A DNA stretch of 64,000 nt from an uncultured Candidatus Saccharibacteria bacterium (GTDB lineage Bacteria > Patescibacteriota > Minisyncoccia > Phycocordibacterales > UBA12088). Positions 28,850 to 38,318 of this stretch are shown one piece after another. The position numbers were made by a program, and so were the translations under genes. Positions within the stretch are counted from its first letter, which is position 1, and each line of letters opens with the position of its first letter. The stretch is from NCBI GenBank assembly GCA_964567265.1, contig CAZMLK010000001.1, forward strand, positions 523,723 through 587,722, in the 5' to 3' direction. Under the pieces are notes generated by a model that was not told where the DNA came from, ran no database searches, and saw only the letters and a list, made by a program, of their open reading frames with translations.

Positions 28850-28884
28850 AATGCCCCGACTTCGGTCGGGGCATTCTTCTTTTT
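28850..28884 (+). terminator. Intrinsic terminator, family A copy 1 (AATGCCCCGAC-ttcg-GTCGGGGCATT, then CTTCTTTTTCTG)
   Basis: 11 bp stem with a UUCG tetraloop. Near-identical to 29266-29302. Confidence 0.8.
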
Positions 28885-28899
28885 CTGATTTAGAAGATA

Positions 28900-28928
28900 T
28901 TGACAATATATAATTTTTAAGGTATTTT
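28900..28928 (+). promoter_or_regulatory. Sigma-70-like promoter (TTGACA, 17 nt, TATTTT) for the small gene at 28965
   Basis: Consensus -35. GGAGG RBS sits 6 nt before the ATG. Confidence 0.4.
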
Positions 28929-28964
28929 TTCAAAAGTCAATTTTGGCTCACACGGAGGTTACCG

Positions 28965-29237
28965 ATGATGACACGCGCTGAGGAAGCGGTCGAGCGCTTC
29001 AAACGAGAATACGATGGCCTTACACCGAGTGAGAAGTATGCTGTGGAAGGATTCCTGACTCCTGCACACAATCTTGGCGTTTCTATTGCACGTGAAATGG
29101 GAGCACTCGCGGATCACAACCGTGATCACACATACTGCAGCTGGAATCCGGGCATCCAGTTCCTCCCCTCGCACTTTCTTTTCGAGGACGGGTCCCGTGC
29201 TGTTTCGAACGACCAAGGGCTTATGCTCGACACCTGA
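28965..29237 (+). CDS. Small hypothetical protein (90 aa)
   Basis: ORF plus RBS plus terminator. No recognisable family. Confidence 0.5.
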   Translation: MMTRAEEAVERFKREYDGLTPSEKYAVEGFLTPAHNLGVSIAREMGALADHNRDHTYCSWNPGIQFLPSHFLFEDGSRAVSNDQGLMLDT

Positions 29238-29265
29238 TCTTCTCTCGATGTCACCCACATTCATA

Positions 29266-29302
29266 ACGCCCCGACTTCGGTCGGGGCGTTCTTCTTTTTC
29301 GG
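29266..29302 (+). terminator. Intrinsic terminator, family A copy 2 (AACGCCCCGAC-ttcg-GTCGGGGCGTT, then CTTCTTTTTCGG)
   Basis: Differs from copy 1 by one compensatory base-pair change (A-T to G-C in the stem). Confidence 0.8.
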
Positions 29303-29354
29303 AAACGTGCTTCCCTGCTATGCTTTCAGAGGAACGAAATTGAGAGAGGGTGTG

Positions 29355-29570
29355 ATGTGTCACGATGCGAGCAGGGACAAGCGACTACAAGAGCTGACCG
29401 CCGAACGGGATGCGGCTCGGGACCCAGAAGCTCTGCTTAGAGCTGAGCTCCGAGCGGAAAGGCGGCGAGGCCTTGGACCCGTTGGCACCTTGATCGAGGA
29501 TGAAATCACAGCTCAAGAGAGACCCCTCCGTGCGCTTGCCGAGCGCGGCGCAATTGGGATGCTGTCATGA
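29355..29570 (+). CDS. Small hypothetical protein (71 aa, Arg/Glu-rich helical)
   Basis: Start chosen at MCHDASRD, preceded by GAGGG. The track ORF begins at 29307. The stop TGA is the first triplet of a family B repeat. Confidence 0.4.
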   Translation: MCHDASRDKRLQELTAERDAARDPEALLRAELRAERRRGLGPVGTLIEDEITAQERPLRALAERGAIGMLS

Positions 29571-29612
29571 CGCGATCCCGTGCTGGCCAACTCGTTGGCC
29601 AGCACGGGATTT
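29568..29612 (+). terminator. Intrinsic terminator, family B copy 1 (TGACGCG-ATCCCGTGCTGGCCAAC-tcg-TTGGCCAGCACGGGAT, then TTTC)
   Basis: 16 bp stem. The repeat begins exactly at the stop codon. Confidence 0.7.
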
Positions 29613-29619
29613 TCAATAC

Positions 29620-29648
29620 TTGGCAATCTCCGTATTCATGTCTATAGT
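29620..29648 (+). promoter_or_regulatory. Sigma-70-like promoter (TTGGCA, 17 nt, TATAGT) for the gene at 29681
   Basis: Read directly from the sequence. GGAG RBS precedes the ATG. Confidence 0.45.
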
Positions 29649-29680
29649 GGTTCCCAAACACGTATCAGTGGAGAACATCC

Positions 29681-30229
29681 ATGCGCTGGTTCTTTGCCAT
29701 CACGCTTCTTGCCGGATTCATTTCTATCGCCACCCCATTCAATGCGCAGGCAGACAAGGCCCCTGTCCATCTTTGGGTACTCAATTCTGCAGATGATCTG
29801 AACGATGCCAATGATCCTACGCTAGCTGCCGGGCCCAAAGCAGCAATTAAAAAAGGGGTGCCGGGAATTGCGATCGACACGACCTTCTACGCAAGTGCCA
29901 CTCCCGAGATCCAAGAGGCAATACGGAAGCAGATTCATAATTTCGGGAGGATAGATCGCATGGTGCTCATGCTCTATTCGCCAACGTATCCTCCTGGAAT
30001 AGCAGGCCAGCTTAACCTTCTCGGAACAGACTACGCGGATAAGAACGCTCCGCGCTGCACCACTTGGCTGGTCGCACGTGTCGTCGATCAGCAAAACGGA
30101 GACCAGATGCTCTGCAATAGCTCGCTCTCGAAGCCGCCTTCCTCAGATTTGATGAACACAATCCTGGTGATCGAGGCAGCGAAGATGCATGCCCTCATCT
30201 TCCCACCTGCAGTGGAAAGGGAAACCTGA
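29681..30229 (+). CDS. Hypothetical secreted protein (182 aa, cleavable signal peptide)
   Basis: MRWFFAITLLAGFISIATPFNAQA is a signal peptide. No recognisable family. Confidence 0.55.
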   Translation: MRWFFAITLLAGFISIATPFNAQADKAPVHLWVLNSADDLNDANDPTLAAGPKAAIKKGVPGIAIDTTFYASATPEIQEAIRKQIHNFGRIDRMVLMLYSPTYPPGIAGQLNLLGTDYADKNAPRCTTWLVARVVDQQNGDQMLCNSSLSKPPSSDLMNTILVIEAAKMHALIFPPAVERET

Positions 30230-30276
30230 CGCGATCCCGCGCTGGCCAACAAGTTGGCCAGCGCGGGATTTCCTTT
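30227..30276 (+). terminator. Intrinsic terminator, family B copy 2 (TGACGCG-ATCCCGCGCTGGCCAAC-aag-TTGGCCAGCGCGGGAT, then TTCCTTTTTG)
   Basis: Same element as 29568-29612 with a compensatory T-A to C-G change. It also begins at the stop TGA. Confidence 0.75.
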
Positions 30277-30294
30277 TTGAATTCCAACTAAGAC

Positions 30295-30325
30295 AAAACG
30301 CCGCCCGGAGGGCGGCGTTTTGTTT
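30295..30325. terminator. Bidirectional intrinsic terminator (AAAACGCCGCCC-gga-GGGCGGCGTTTT), shared by rpoC (-) and the 29681 gene (+)
   Basis: Perfect 12 bp stem flanked by A4 and T4, 15 nt past the rpoC stop. Confidence 0.85.
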
Positions 30326-30339
30326 CAGCTTTTGCAGTA

Positions 30340-33300
30340 CTAGTCGACTTCTGCAACGACTCCTCCTGCTTCTGCCGGGCTATACACTGGGACTTCGTTC
30401 GCTTCTTCGTTGAGACGAATTTCTTCCTGGAGCGCAGAAACATGTGCATGCTTCTGGCTTCCCTTGTAGCCGGTTCCTGCAGGGATGAGGCGGCCGATGA
30501 TGACGTTCTCCTTGAGGCCGCGGAGCGTGTCCGTGCTTCCCTTCACTGCCGCACCGATCAAGACCTTCGTGGTGTTCTGGAACGATGATGCTGAGAGGAA
30601 CGACTTCCTGGTGAGCGCGACTTCCGCGATGCCGAGGATGAGCGTGTCAGCGACTGCTGGCTCGCCGCCTTCCTCCTTGGTGCGCGCATTGATCTCATCA
30701 AGCTCCCAATCCTCGACGATGTCGCCCATGTTGAGGCGCGTATCGCCCGAGAGCTTCACCTTCCGGCGAGAGAACATCTGCTTCACGATGACTTCGATGT
30801 GCTTCCGAGAAATGGTAACGCCCTGGAGCTCGTAGATGCGGCTTGCTTCCTGGATGATGTATTCCTGCGCGCGCTCTTTGCCGGAGTATTTGAAGACTTC
30901 CTCGATGTCTGCGGAGCCGTCGGTAAGGAGTTCGCCCTTCTCGACCGACTGCCCGACTTTGACGAGGATCATGCGGCGGAAGTGGACTCCGTATTCGAGC
31001 GCCTTGCCCTTCTTCGTAGAACCTTCTTCCGGCATGACGACGATGATCTTCTCCTTTCCTTCTTCCTTGATCTCGGTCACGACGCCCGCAGTATGGGAGA
31101 CGATCGCCGGATTCTTCGGCATGCGGGACTCGAAGATTTCTTCGACGCGTGGGAGACCGGTCGTGATGTCGCCGCCAATCGCCGCGACGCCTCCTGAGTG
31201 GAAGGTACGCATGGTGAGCTGGGTTCCCGGCTCGCCGATCGCCTGCGCGGCGACGGTACCGACTGCTTCGCCGATATCAACGACCTTGGTGGTCGTGAGA
31301 TCAGTGCCATAGCAGTGCTGGCAGACGCCGTAGCCTGTCTTGCAGGTCATTGGAGAGCGGACGAGGACCGAGACCGTGCTCGACTCCTCGATCTTCTTCG
31401 CATCGGCGCCGGTGACGAGGTGGTTCCGCTCGAAGAGCGTGTTTCCTTCCGCATCAACAGCCGGCTTCGCGAGATAACGTCCTTCGATGGTCTTCGCGAG
31501 CGGGATATCGATACCGGATGCGCTCACGCGGCCGATGACGACACCTTCCTTCGAATTACAATCCTCATCGGTGACGATCGCGTTCTGCGCGACATCGAAG
31601 AGTCGGCGGGTGAGGTAGCCAGCCTTCGCGGTGTTGAGCGCGGTGTCGGAGAGACCTTTACGCGCGCCGTGCGTCGTGACGAAATATTCGATCGGCGAAA
31701 GTCCCTCCTTCATGCAGGCGATGATCGGGAATTCGATCGTCTCGCCCTGTGTGTTCTGGATGAGGCCCTTCATGCCGGCCATCTGCGTGATCTGGCCCAT
31801 GGAACCGCGGGCTCCGGAGACGACGAGGTCATGGACGGATCCGTTCGGATCGAGTGTCTCAGGAATGAGCTTCTCGACATCGCTCTTGGCCTTGTGCCAG
31901 ATCTCGATGATCATGCGGCGGCGTTCTTCGCCGGAGAGGAGTCCTTCGTTGAACTGGTTGATGATGGTGATCTGCTTCGCCTTCGCTTCGCGCACGATCT
32001 CCTTCTTCTTTTCTGGAATGTGGAGGTCGCCGATCGCCCAGGTCACGCCGGACTTCGTCGCATACTTGAATCCGAACGCCTTGATCTTGTCCAAGGTCGC
32101 CGGCACGGCGCCGAGGCCGTACTTGTGGATCATCTGGTTGGTGAGGTTGAGGAGCGACTGCTTCTTCAGCTCTTCGTTGAGGTATGGGAAATCAGACGGA
32201 AGGACGCTGTTGAAGAGCAGGCGGCCGACGGTGGTCTCGAAGACCTTGCCCTCGAATCCTGCATACTTCGCCGAGTCGCTCGGCAAGACCTTGATCTTGG
32301 AGCGGAGGTCGATGTCTGCGAAGTCGTATGCGGTAATCGCATCGTTCGGCGAGGCGAATGCCTTGCCTTCGCCCTTGCCGCCCGGAACGACTTTCGTCAT
32401 CCAGTAGCAGCCGAGCGCGATGTCGAGCATCTTCGTCGCGACCACTGGATCGCCGTTTCCTGGCTTCAGGATGTTCTTCGAGGACGACATGATCTCGCGC
32501 GCCTCCATCTGCGCCTCTTCTGAAAGCGGCACGTGGACAGCCATCTGGTCGCCGTCGAAGTCAGCGTTGAACGCTGGGCACACGAGCGGATGCACCTGGA
32601 TCGCGTTGCCTTCGATGAGGACCGGGCGGAATGCCTGGATACCCTGGCGGTGAAGCGTCGGGGCGCGGTTGAGGAGCACGTGCTTGTCGCGGATCACCTC
32701 TTCGAGGATCGCCCACACTTCAGGCGTGCCTTCTTCGATGAGGCGGCCGGCGCCGCGGATGTTGTATGCGAATTCGCGCTCAAGCAATTTCGCGATCACG
32801 AACGGACGGAAGAGTTCGAGCGCCATGTGCTTCGGCAGACCGCACTGGTCGAGCTTCAAATCCGGACCGACGACGATCACCGAGCGTCCTGAGTAGTCGA
32901 CGCGCTTTCCGAGAAGGTTCTGTCGGAAGTAACCCTGCTTGCCCTTGAGGTAGTCAGAAAGCGACTTCAAAGGACGGCGCTGCGCCTGGCTCATCGCTGA
33001 TGCCGCCGCATTGCCGTGACGGATCGAGTTGTCGAGGAGTGCGTCAACGGCTTCCTGGAGGATGCGCTTCTCGTTGCGGAGAATGACCTCCGGCGCATGG
33101 ATATCAAGAAGTTTCTTGAGGCGGTTATTGCGGTTGATGACACGGCGGTAGAGGTCGTTCACGTCGGATGTCGCATGGCGACCGCCTTCAAGCGCGACCA
33201 TCGGACGGAGTCCTGGCGGAATGACCGGAAGCGCAGTGACGAACATCCATTCCGGACGCACGCCTGCGGCAACCATGTTCTTCACCAAGGAGAGTCGCTT

Positions 33301-34062
33301 CGCGATCTTCGGGCGATCGCCCGCACCCGACTTGTCATAGTCGGCTTCGAGCTGCTCGCGAAGCTTCGGAAGGTCTGCCTTCTTGAAGATCTCGAACACG
33401 GCTTCGGCACCAATGCCCGCTTCGAAGAGCGCGCCGTACTTCATCGAGTAGCGGTGGTACGACATCTCGTCGAGCACCTGGCCTGCCTGGATGCGTTCGA
33501 TCTCTTCCTTTGCTGCTGTGAGGAGTTCCTTGAGCTTCTTCTTAGTCTTCTCATCCTGCGCGTCCTTCGACTTGGTCTTGTATTCAGTATCGATATCGCG
33601 AAGGAGGCGCGCACGCTCTTCCTCGTTCACATTGAGGACGATGTAGCCTGCGAAGTAGACGACCTTCTCGATGTCAGTCGCGGAGAGTCCGAGGAGGATG
33701 GCCATGCGTGACGGGACGCCACGGAGGAACCAGATGTGCGCGACCGGAGTCGCGAGCTCGATGTGGCCCATGCGCTCGCGGCGGACGATCGAACGCGTGA
33801 TCTCGACGCCGCAGCGGTCGCAGACGATCCCTTTGTAGCGGATGCCCTTGTACTTGCCGCAGAAGCATTCGAAGTCGCGCTCCGGGCCGAAGATCTTCTC
33901 ATCGAAGAGGCCACTCTTTTCTGAACGCTGGGTACGATAGTTGATGGTTTCCGGCTTGGTCACCTCGCCATGGGACCAGTCGCGGATCCGATCTGGGGAT
34001 GCGAGCCTGATCGAGATCAGGTCGAAATCCGGCGCATCGTTGATTTTTTTCTTGGGTATCAT
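30340..34062 (-). CDS. rpoC: DNA-directed RNA polymerase subunit beta'
   Basis: 1240 aa with the NADFDGDQM catalytic loop, zinc-binding Cys clusters, trigger loop and bridge helix. Confidence 0.98.
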   Translation of the reverse strand: MIPKKKINDAPDFDLISIRLASPDRIRDWSHGEVTKPETINYRTQRSEKSGLFDEKIFGPERDFECFCGKYKGIRYKGIVCDRCGVEITRSIVRRERMGHIELATPVAHIWFLRGVPSRMAILLGLSATDIEKVVYFAGYIVLNVNEEERARLLRDIDTEYKTKSKDAQDEKTKKKLKELLTAAKEEIERIQAGQVLDEMSYHRYSMKYGALFEAGIGAEAVFEIFKKADLPKLREQLEADYDKSGAGDRPKIAKRLSLVKNMVAAGVRPEWMFVTALPVIPPGLRPMVALEGGRHATSDVNDLYRRVINRNNRLKKLLDIHAPEVILRNEKRILQEAVDALLDNSIRHGNAAASAMSQAQRRPLKSLSDYLKGKQGYFRQNLLGKRVDYSGRSVIVVGPDLKLDQCGLPKHMALELFRPFVIAKLLEREFAYNIRGAGRLIEEGTPEVWAILEEVIRDKHVLLNRAPTLHRQGIQAFRPVLIEGNAIQVHPLVCPAFNADFDGDQMAVHVPLSEEAQMEAREIMSSSKNILKPGNGDPVVATKMLDIALGCYWMTKVVPGGKGEGKAFASPNDAITAYDFADIDLRSKIKVLPSDSAKYAGFEGKVFETTVGRLLFNSVLPSDFPYLNEELKKQSLLNLTNQMIHKYGLGAVPATLDKIKAFGFKYATKSGVTWAIGDLHIPEKKKEIVREAKAKQITIINQFNEGLLSGEERRRMIIEIWHKAKSDVEKLIPETLDPNGSVHDLVVSGARGSMGQITQMAGMKGLIQNTQGETIEFPIIACMKEGLSPIEYFVTTHGARKGLSDTALNTAKAGYLTRRLFDVAQNAIVTDEDCNSKEGVVIGRVSASGIDIPLAKTIEGRYLAKPAVDAEGNTLFERNHLVTGADAKKIEESSTVSVLVRSPMTCKTGYGVCQHCYGTDLTTTKVVDIGEAVGTVAAQAIGEPGTQLTMRTFHSGGVAAIGGDITTGLPRVEEIFESRMPKNPAIVSHTAGVVTEIKEEGKEKIIVVMPEEGSTKKGKALEYGVHFRRMILVKVGQSVEKGELLTDGSADIEEVFKYSGKERAQEYIIQEASRIYELQGVTISRKHIEVIVKQMFSRRKVKLSGDTRLNMGDIVEDWELDEINARTKEEGGEPAVADTLILGIAEVALTRKSFLSASSFQNTTKVLIGAAVKGSTDTLRGLKENVIIGRLIPAGTGYKGSQKHAHVSALQEEIRLNEEANEVPVYSPAEAGGVVAEVD

Positions 34063-34073
34063 GATGGTGCCTA

Positions 34074-37000
34074 TTACGAGTGACTCATAATGCCGGTCTC
34101 ACCGAATGCCTTGTCTTTCTTCAGCTCGACATCGAGCGCGAGACCGCGGAGATGCGAGAGGAGGACGTTGAAGGATGCCGGCGTGCCGAGATTGCGGATA
34201 TGATCGCCGCGGACGATGGCATCGAATGCCGCCGAGCGGCCGACGATGTCGTCTGACTTGATCGTGAGCATTTCGCGGAGCGTGTATGCCGCGCCGTAGC
34301 CGAGGAGTGCCCAGACTTCCATTTCTCCGAAGCGCTGGCCGCCGTTCTGCGCCTTGCCACCGAGTGGCTGCTGCGTGATGAGCGAGTACGGACCGATCGA
34401 GCGCATGTGGATCTTGTCTTCCACCATGTGATGGAGTTTCAAGATGTACATGTAGCCGACGGAAATGTCCTGGTCGAATGCTTCGCCAGTGCGTCCGTCA
34501 TAGAGCTTCATCTTGCCGTTCTCCTGGAAGCCGCCCTTCTTAAGCTCTTCGCGGATTTCAGCTTCGGTTGCGCCTGCGAATGGCGGCACGATCGCCTGGT
34601 AGCCGAGCTCGTTGGCTGCGAGACCGAGGTGGAGTTCGAGGATCTGTCCGAGGTTCATGCGGGATGGAACGCCAAGTGGGGTCAAGATGACGTCGACTGG
34701 GCGGCCGTCTTCCATGTACGGCATGTCTTCCTCAGGAAGGATGCGCGAGATGACGCCCTTGTTGCCGTGGCGTCCGGCGAGCTTGTCGCCTACGGAGACG
34801 TTACGGAACTGCGCGACGGTGACGTGGATCTTCTTGATGACGCCGGAGTCGAGATTGTCTCCGCGCTCGCGCGAGAATATCTTCACGCCGATGACGCGAC
34901 CCTGCTTGCCGCCTTCGAGGCGGAGGCTGGTATCTTTCACGTCCTTTGCCTTCTCGCCGAAGATCGAACGGAGGAGGCGCTCTTCAGGCGTGAGCTGCGT
35001 CTCGCCCTTTGGAGTCACCTTTCCGACGAGGATGTCGCCTGAGCGCACTTCTGCGCCGATACGGACGACTCCTTCCTCATCGAGGTTCTTCAGCTTCGAC
35101 TCGCCGACATTCGGGATGTCGTGCGTCGTTACCTCGGGACCGAGCTTGGTGTCACGAACAACACATTCGAAATCTTCGATGTGGATTGATGAGAATTTGC
35201 TCTGCTTCACCAGACGCTGGGAAATGATGATGGCGTCCTCGAAGTTGGAACCGCTCCACGACATGAAGGCGACGAGCGCGTTCTGTCCGAGCGCGAGCTG
35301 GCCCTTGTCGCTCGACGAGGTATCCGCGAGGAGCGTGCCCTTCTTCACCTTGTCGCCGACCGAGACGACCGGGCGGTGATGGAAGCAGGACATGTCGTTG
35401 GTGCGGCTGAACGAGATGAGGCGGTGCGTGTGCTCCTTGCCCTTCGTATTCTTGATGGTGATGTTGCGCGCGTCGACTGCGGTCACTTCGCCTTCTTCGT
35501 CAGCGAAGATGAGGCGTCCAGTGTCCTTCGCGGCCTTTTCTTCCATGCCGGTCGCGACGAATGGCGCTTCCGGGACGGCGACAGGAGTCGCCTGCTTCAT
35601 CATGTTCGAACCCATCAGCGAGCGGTTCGCGTCATCGTTCTCGAGGAACGGAATGAGCGAGGTCGCGATCGAGAACGGCTGGTTAGTCGCGACGTCCATA
35701 TAATGGACATCGTTCCGCTCGACGAGTCCTGGCTCGCCCTTGATGCGGACTTCGATCTGATCCTCGATAATGCGACCCTTCTCGTCGACTGGCGTCGCGG
35801 CATGCGCAATGTTGCAGTCTTCTTCCTCGAATGCATTGAGGAGTGCGACTTCGCCGGTAACGACTCCATTCTTCACCTTCACGTACGGCGTCTTGATGAT
35901 GCCGAAATCGTCGATCATCGCGTAGTTCGCGAGGTGGAGGATGAGGCCGATGTTCGGTCCTTCAGGAGTGTGGATCGGGCAGAGGCGGCCGTAGTGGGAC
36001 GGGTGCACGTCGCGCACTTCGAAGCCGGCACGCTCACGGGTGAGTCCGCCGGGACCGAGCGCTGAGAGCGTACGAAGGTGTTCAAGCTCAGTCAGCGTAT
36101 TCTGCTGCTGCATGAACTGGGAAAGCTGGTTGGTGGTGAAGAATTCCTTGATAGCGGCCTGGAGCGGGCGCGGATTCATGAATGAGATCGGCGTCGTCGT
36201 CTCCGGTTCCACCGTCGACATACGGTCCTGGATGTTGCGCTTCATGCGCGAAAGGCCGACGCGCACCTTCTGCTGGAGCATCTCGCCCACGTAGCGGACG
36301 CGGCGGAAGCCGAGGTGGTCGATGTCATCCGGTTCTGCAAGCAGGTCCTGATCCTGATCGGCGACATGTGCGATGATGGTCGCGATGTCATCAAGAGAAA
36401 GGGTGCGGCGCGCGAGATCCTTCTCGGTCATGCCTTTCTTGAAGCGCTGGTTGAAGCGGTGGCGTCCGACCGGGGAGAGGTCATAGCGCTCCTCGCTGAA
36501 GATCGATTCCACGTATTCGCGCGCATGGTCCGGAGTCGCCGGATCGCCGTCGCGCATCTTTTTGTGGACTTCGACGTATGCTTCCTCGATGGTCTTCACC
36601 GAGTCCTTCTCGAGCATCAACGAGACGATCGCGTGTGCGATCTCCTTGTTTTCGAAGAGCTTCTTGATGTCGGCGTCCGTCTTCGCGCCGAGCACGCGGA
36701 GAAGCGTCGTCACCGGGAACTTGCGCTTCCGGTCGATCTTCACATAGAGGATTCCATCCGGTTCGGACTCGATTTCGATCCAGGCGCCGCGGGCCGGGAT
36801 GATCTTCGCGCCGAAGTAGCGCTTGCCTTTGAACTCATTCGTGATGAAGAACACGCCGAACGAGCGCGCGAGCTGCGGCACGATGACGCGCTCGACGCCG
36901 TTGATGACGAAGGTGCCGTGACCGGTCATGACCGGGAGATCGGCAAGGAAGATCTCCTGCTCCTTCTCGGAACCGACCGTCTTGTTCTTCAAGCGAACCG

Positions 37001-37268
37001 TCGCGCGGAGCGGCGCTTCATAGGAGAGCATGTTCTCCTTCGCGTAGAACTCGTCGTACTGCGGCTGGCCGACTTCGTACTTCACGAATTCGAGGTCGAA
37101 CTTCTTGGTGCCGTAGTCGCGGATCGGCGAGAACTCCTTGAAGAGCTCGCGAAGGCCCTGATCGAGGAGCCAGTTGAAGGAAACCACCTGCTGCTCGACG
37201 AAGTTCGGCAATTCTGCATGCGGCTTGCGGAACTTGCTGAAGTACTTTTTCTCTCGGGTAGTTTTCAT
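34074..37268 (-). CDS. rpoB: DNA-directed RNA polymerase subunit beta
   Basis: 1064 aa with rifampicin-cluster and fork motifs (LSALGPGGL, GEMEVWAL). 11 bp upstream of rpoC. Confidence 0.98.
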   Translation of the reverse strand: MKTTREKKYFSKFRKPHAELPNFVEQQVVSFNWLLDQGLRELFKEFSPIRDYGTKKFDLEFVKYEVGQPQYDEFYAKENMLSYEAPLRATVRLKNKTVGSEKEQEIFLADLPVMTGHGTFVINGVERVIVPQLARSFGVFFITNEFKGKRYFGAKIIPARGAWIEIESEPDGILYVKIDRKRKFPVTTLLRVLGAKTDADIKKLFENKEIAHAIVSLMLEKDSVKTIEEAYVEVHKKMRDGDPATPDHAREYVESIFSEERYDLSPVGRHRFNQRFKKGMTEKDLARRTLSLDDIATIIAHVADQDQDLLAEPDDIDHLGFRRVRYVGEMLQQKVRVGLSRMKRNIQDRMSTVEPETTTPISFMNPRPLQAAIKEFFTTNQLSQFMQQQNTLTELEHLRTLSALGPGGLTRERAGFEVRDVHPSHYGRLCPIHTPEGPNIGLILHLANYAMIDDFGIIKTPYVKVKNGVVTGEVALLNAFEEEDCNIAHAATPVDEKGRIIEDQIEVRIKGEPGLVERNDVHYMDVATNQPFSIATSLIPFLENDDANRSLMGSNMMKQATPVAVPEAPFVATGMEEKAAKDTGRLIFADEEGEVTAVDARNITIKNTKGKEHTHRLISFSRTNDMSCFHHRPVVSVGDKVKKGTLLADTSSSDKGQLALGQNALVAFMSWSGSNFEDAIIISQRLVKQSKFSSIHIEDFECVVRDTKLGPEVTTHDIPNVGESKLKNLDEEGVVRIGAEVRSGDILVGKVTPKGETQLTPEERLLRSIFGEKAKDVKDTSLRLEGGKQGRVIGVKIFSRERGDNLDSGVIKKIHVTVAQFRNVSVGDKLAGRHGNKGVISRILPEEDMPYMEDGRPVDVILTPLGVPSRMNLGQILELHLGLAANELGYQAIVPPFAGATEAEIREELKKGGFQENGKMKLYDGRTGEAFDQDISVGYMYILKLHHMVEDKIHMRSIGPYSLITQQPLGGKAQNGGQRFGEMEVWALLGYGAAYTLREMLTIKSDDIVGRSAAFDAIVRGDHIRNLGTPASFNVLLSHLRGLALDVELKKDKAFGETGIMSHS

Positions 37269-37790
37269 GCGGGGATTTTTAAGGGTAACGCGCTACTAAT
37301 GTGGATCGTATGAATAATGGATGCGTCGCTTCTTCCAACCGGTTCGTATTCCTTGATTCACTACCGAGTTTGCCGAAACGCAAAATTCGCTTTCTAAATG
37401 AAAGCGCATAAAGAGGCAGGGCTACTCTGCTCCGTGTGAAAACAAAATATGTGAACTAATCTCCACTAGTAAGGGTGCAACCTTCATGCCTTCCGTCGTT
37501 CTCGAAACAAGAGTGGTATTCCCTGCTTCAATAAGACTGCGGATAAGCGATAACCCTTCTTCGAACTCGTGGCTGGCGTAACGCAATCGTTCGGAGTTGT
37601 CAAGAAAATGTATCAAATTCATGTTGAAGTGTCAACGCCTACGTCAACCCTTCTCAAATTAGACCTGGGGATAAGACAGAACGCCAGAAAACCCATACGC
37701 CGTATAGCGACCGCAGACAAATTCGGCAAATCCTTAGATTCTAGAAACAGTGGTCAACCCAGGATATCCACAGTTTTTACATGGGAAAAC

Positions 37791-37821
37791 AAAAGGCCGC
37801 CGCGAGCAAGCTCGCGGCGGC
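37791..37821 (-). terminator. Intrinsic terminator, family C copy 1 (GCCGCCGCGAGC-tt-GCTCGCGGCGGC, then CTTTTGTTTT on the minus strand)
   Basis: Perfect 12 bp stem directly after the stop of the 37830..38168 gene. Identical 30-mer to 38281-38312. Confidence 0.75.
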
Positions 37822-37829
37822 ACATCTCG

Positions 37830-38168
37830 TCAGGTCAATCGCGGCCAAGTCTCCGTCTGAAGTGAGTGGTGAGCTTCAACGAGCTCAGCGAACCCCGCAT
37901 AGAGTTCATCCGCAAGAGCTTCTATCTCCGACTCTCTTGGTGGGCGAACGATACCGATGCTGGCACTTCGGTCTCCGAGGATATCGCACCTGAGGTAAAG
38001 CGCATGGCATGCAGCCCTCGAATCAAAGGTGCACTTGAACTTGACGGCCCCATGCCATTCTTTCGGCAACTTGCGGAAAAATACCCCCAGAATCTTCAGC
38101 ATGTACTCGGTGGTTGCTGGTGTAACGTCGCCCCCACGATCGAGCGTATAGGACAAGGTCAACTTCAT
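37830..38168 (-). CDS. Hypothetical protein (112 aa)
   Basis: ORF followed by a terminator. No recognisable family. Confidence 0.4.
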   Translation of the reverse strand: MKLTLSYTLDRGGDVTPATTEYMLKILGVFFRKLPKEWHGAVKFKCTFDSRAACHALYLRCDILGDRSASIGIVRPPRESEIEALADELYAGFAELVEAHHSLQTETWPRLT

Positions 38169-38280
38169 TACTGAGTCCTCCTAACAAAAAAGTTCTCTAA
38201 ATTTGTATCACGGATAAAGACCGCTGTCAAGTGTTTCGCCCTGCCCCTTGGCAAGCTAAGAGGTCGCATTATCGCGCCTA

Positions 38281-38312
38281 AAAAAGGCCGCCGCGAGCAA
38301 GCTCGCGGCGGC
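38281..38312 (-). terminator. Intrinsic terminator, family C copy 2 (identical core AAAAGGCCGCCGCGAGCAAGCTCGCGGCGGC)
   Basis: Directly after the stop of the 38319..39395 gene. T6 follows on the minus strand. Confidence 0.75.
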
Positions 38313-38318
38313 TATCCT

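Noticed and set aside
28841-30276. Possibility that the repeated palindromes are integron attC sites delimiting gene cassettes
   Set aside because: No GTTRRRY/RYYYAAC core sites and no intI-like integrase in the window. Each gene has its own promoter, and all the elements are followed by U-tracts typical of intrinsic terminators.
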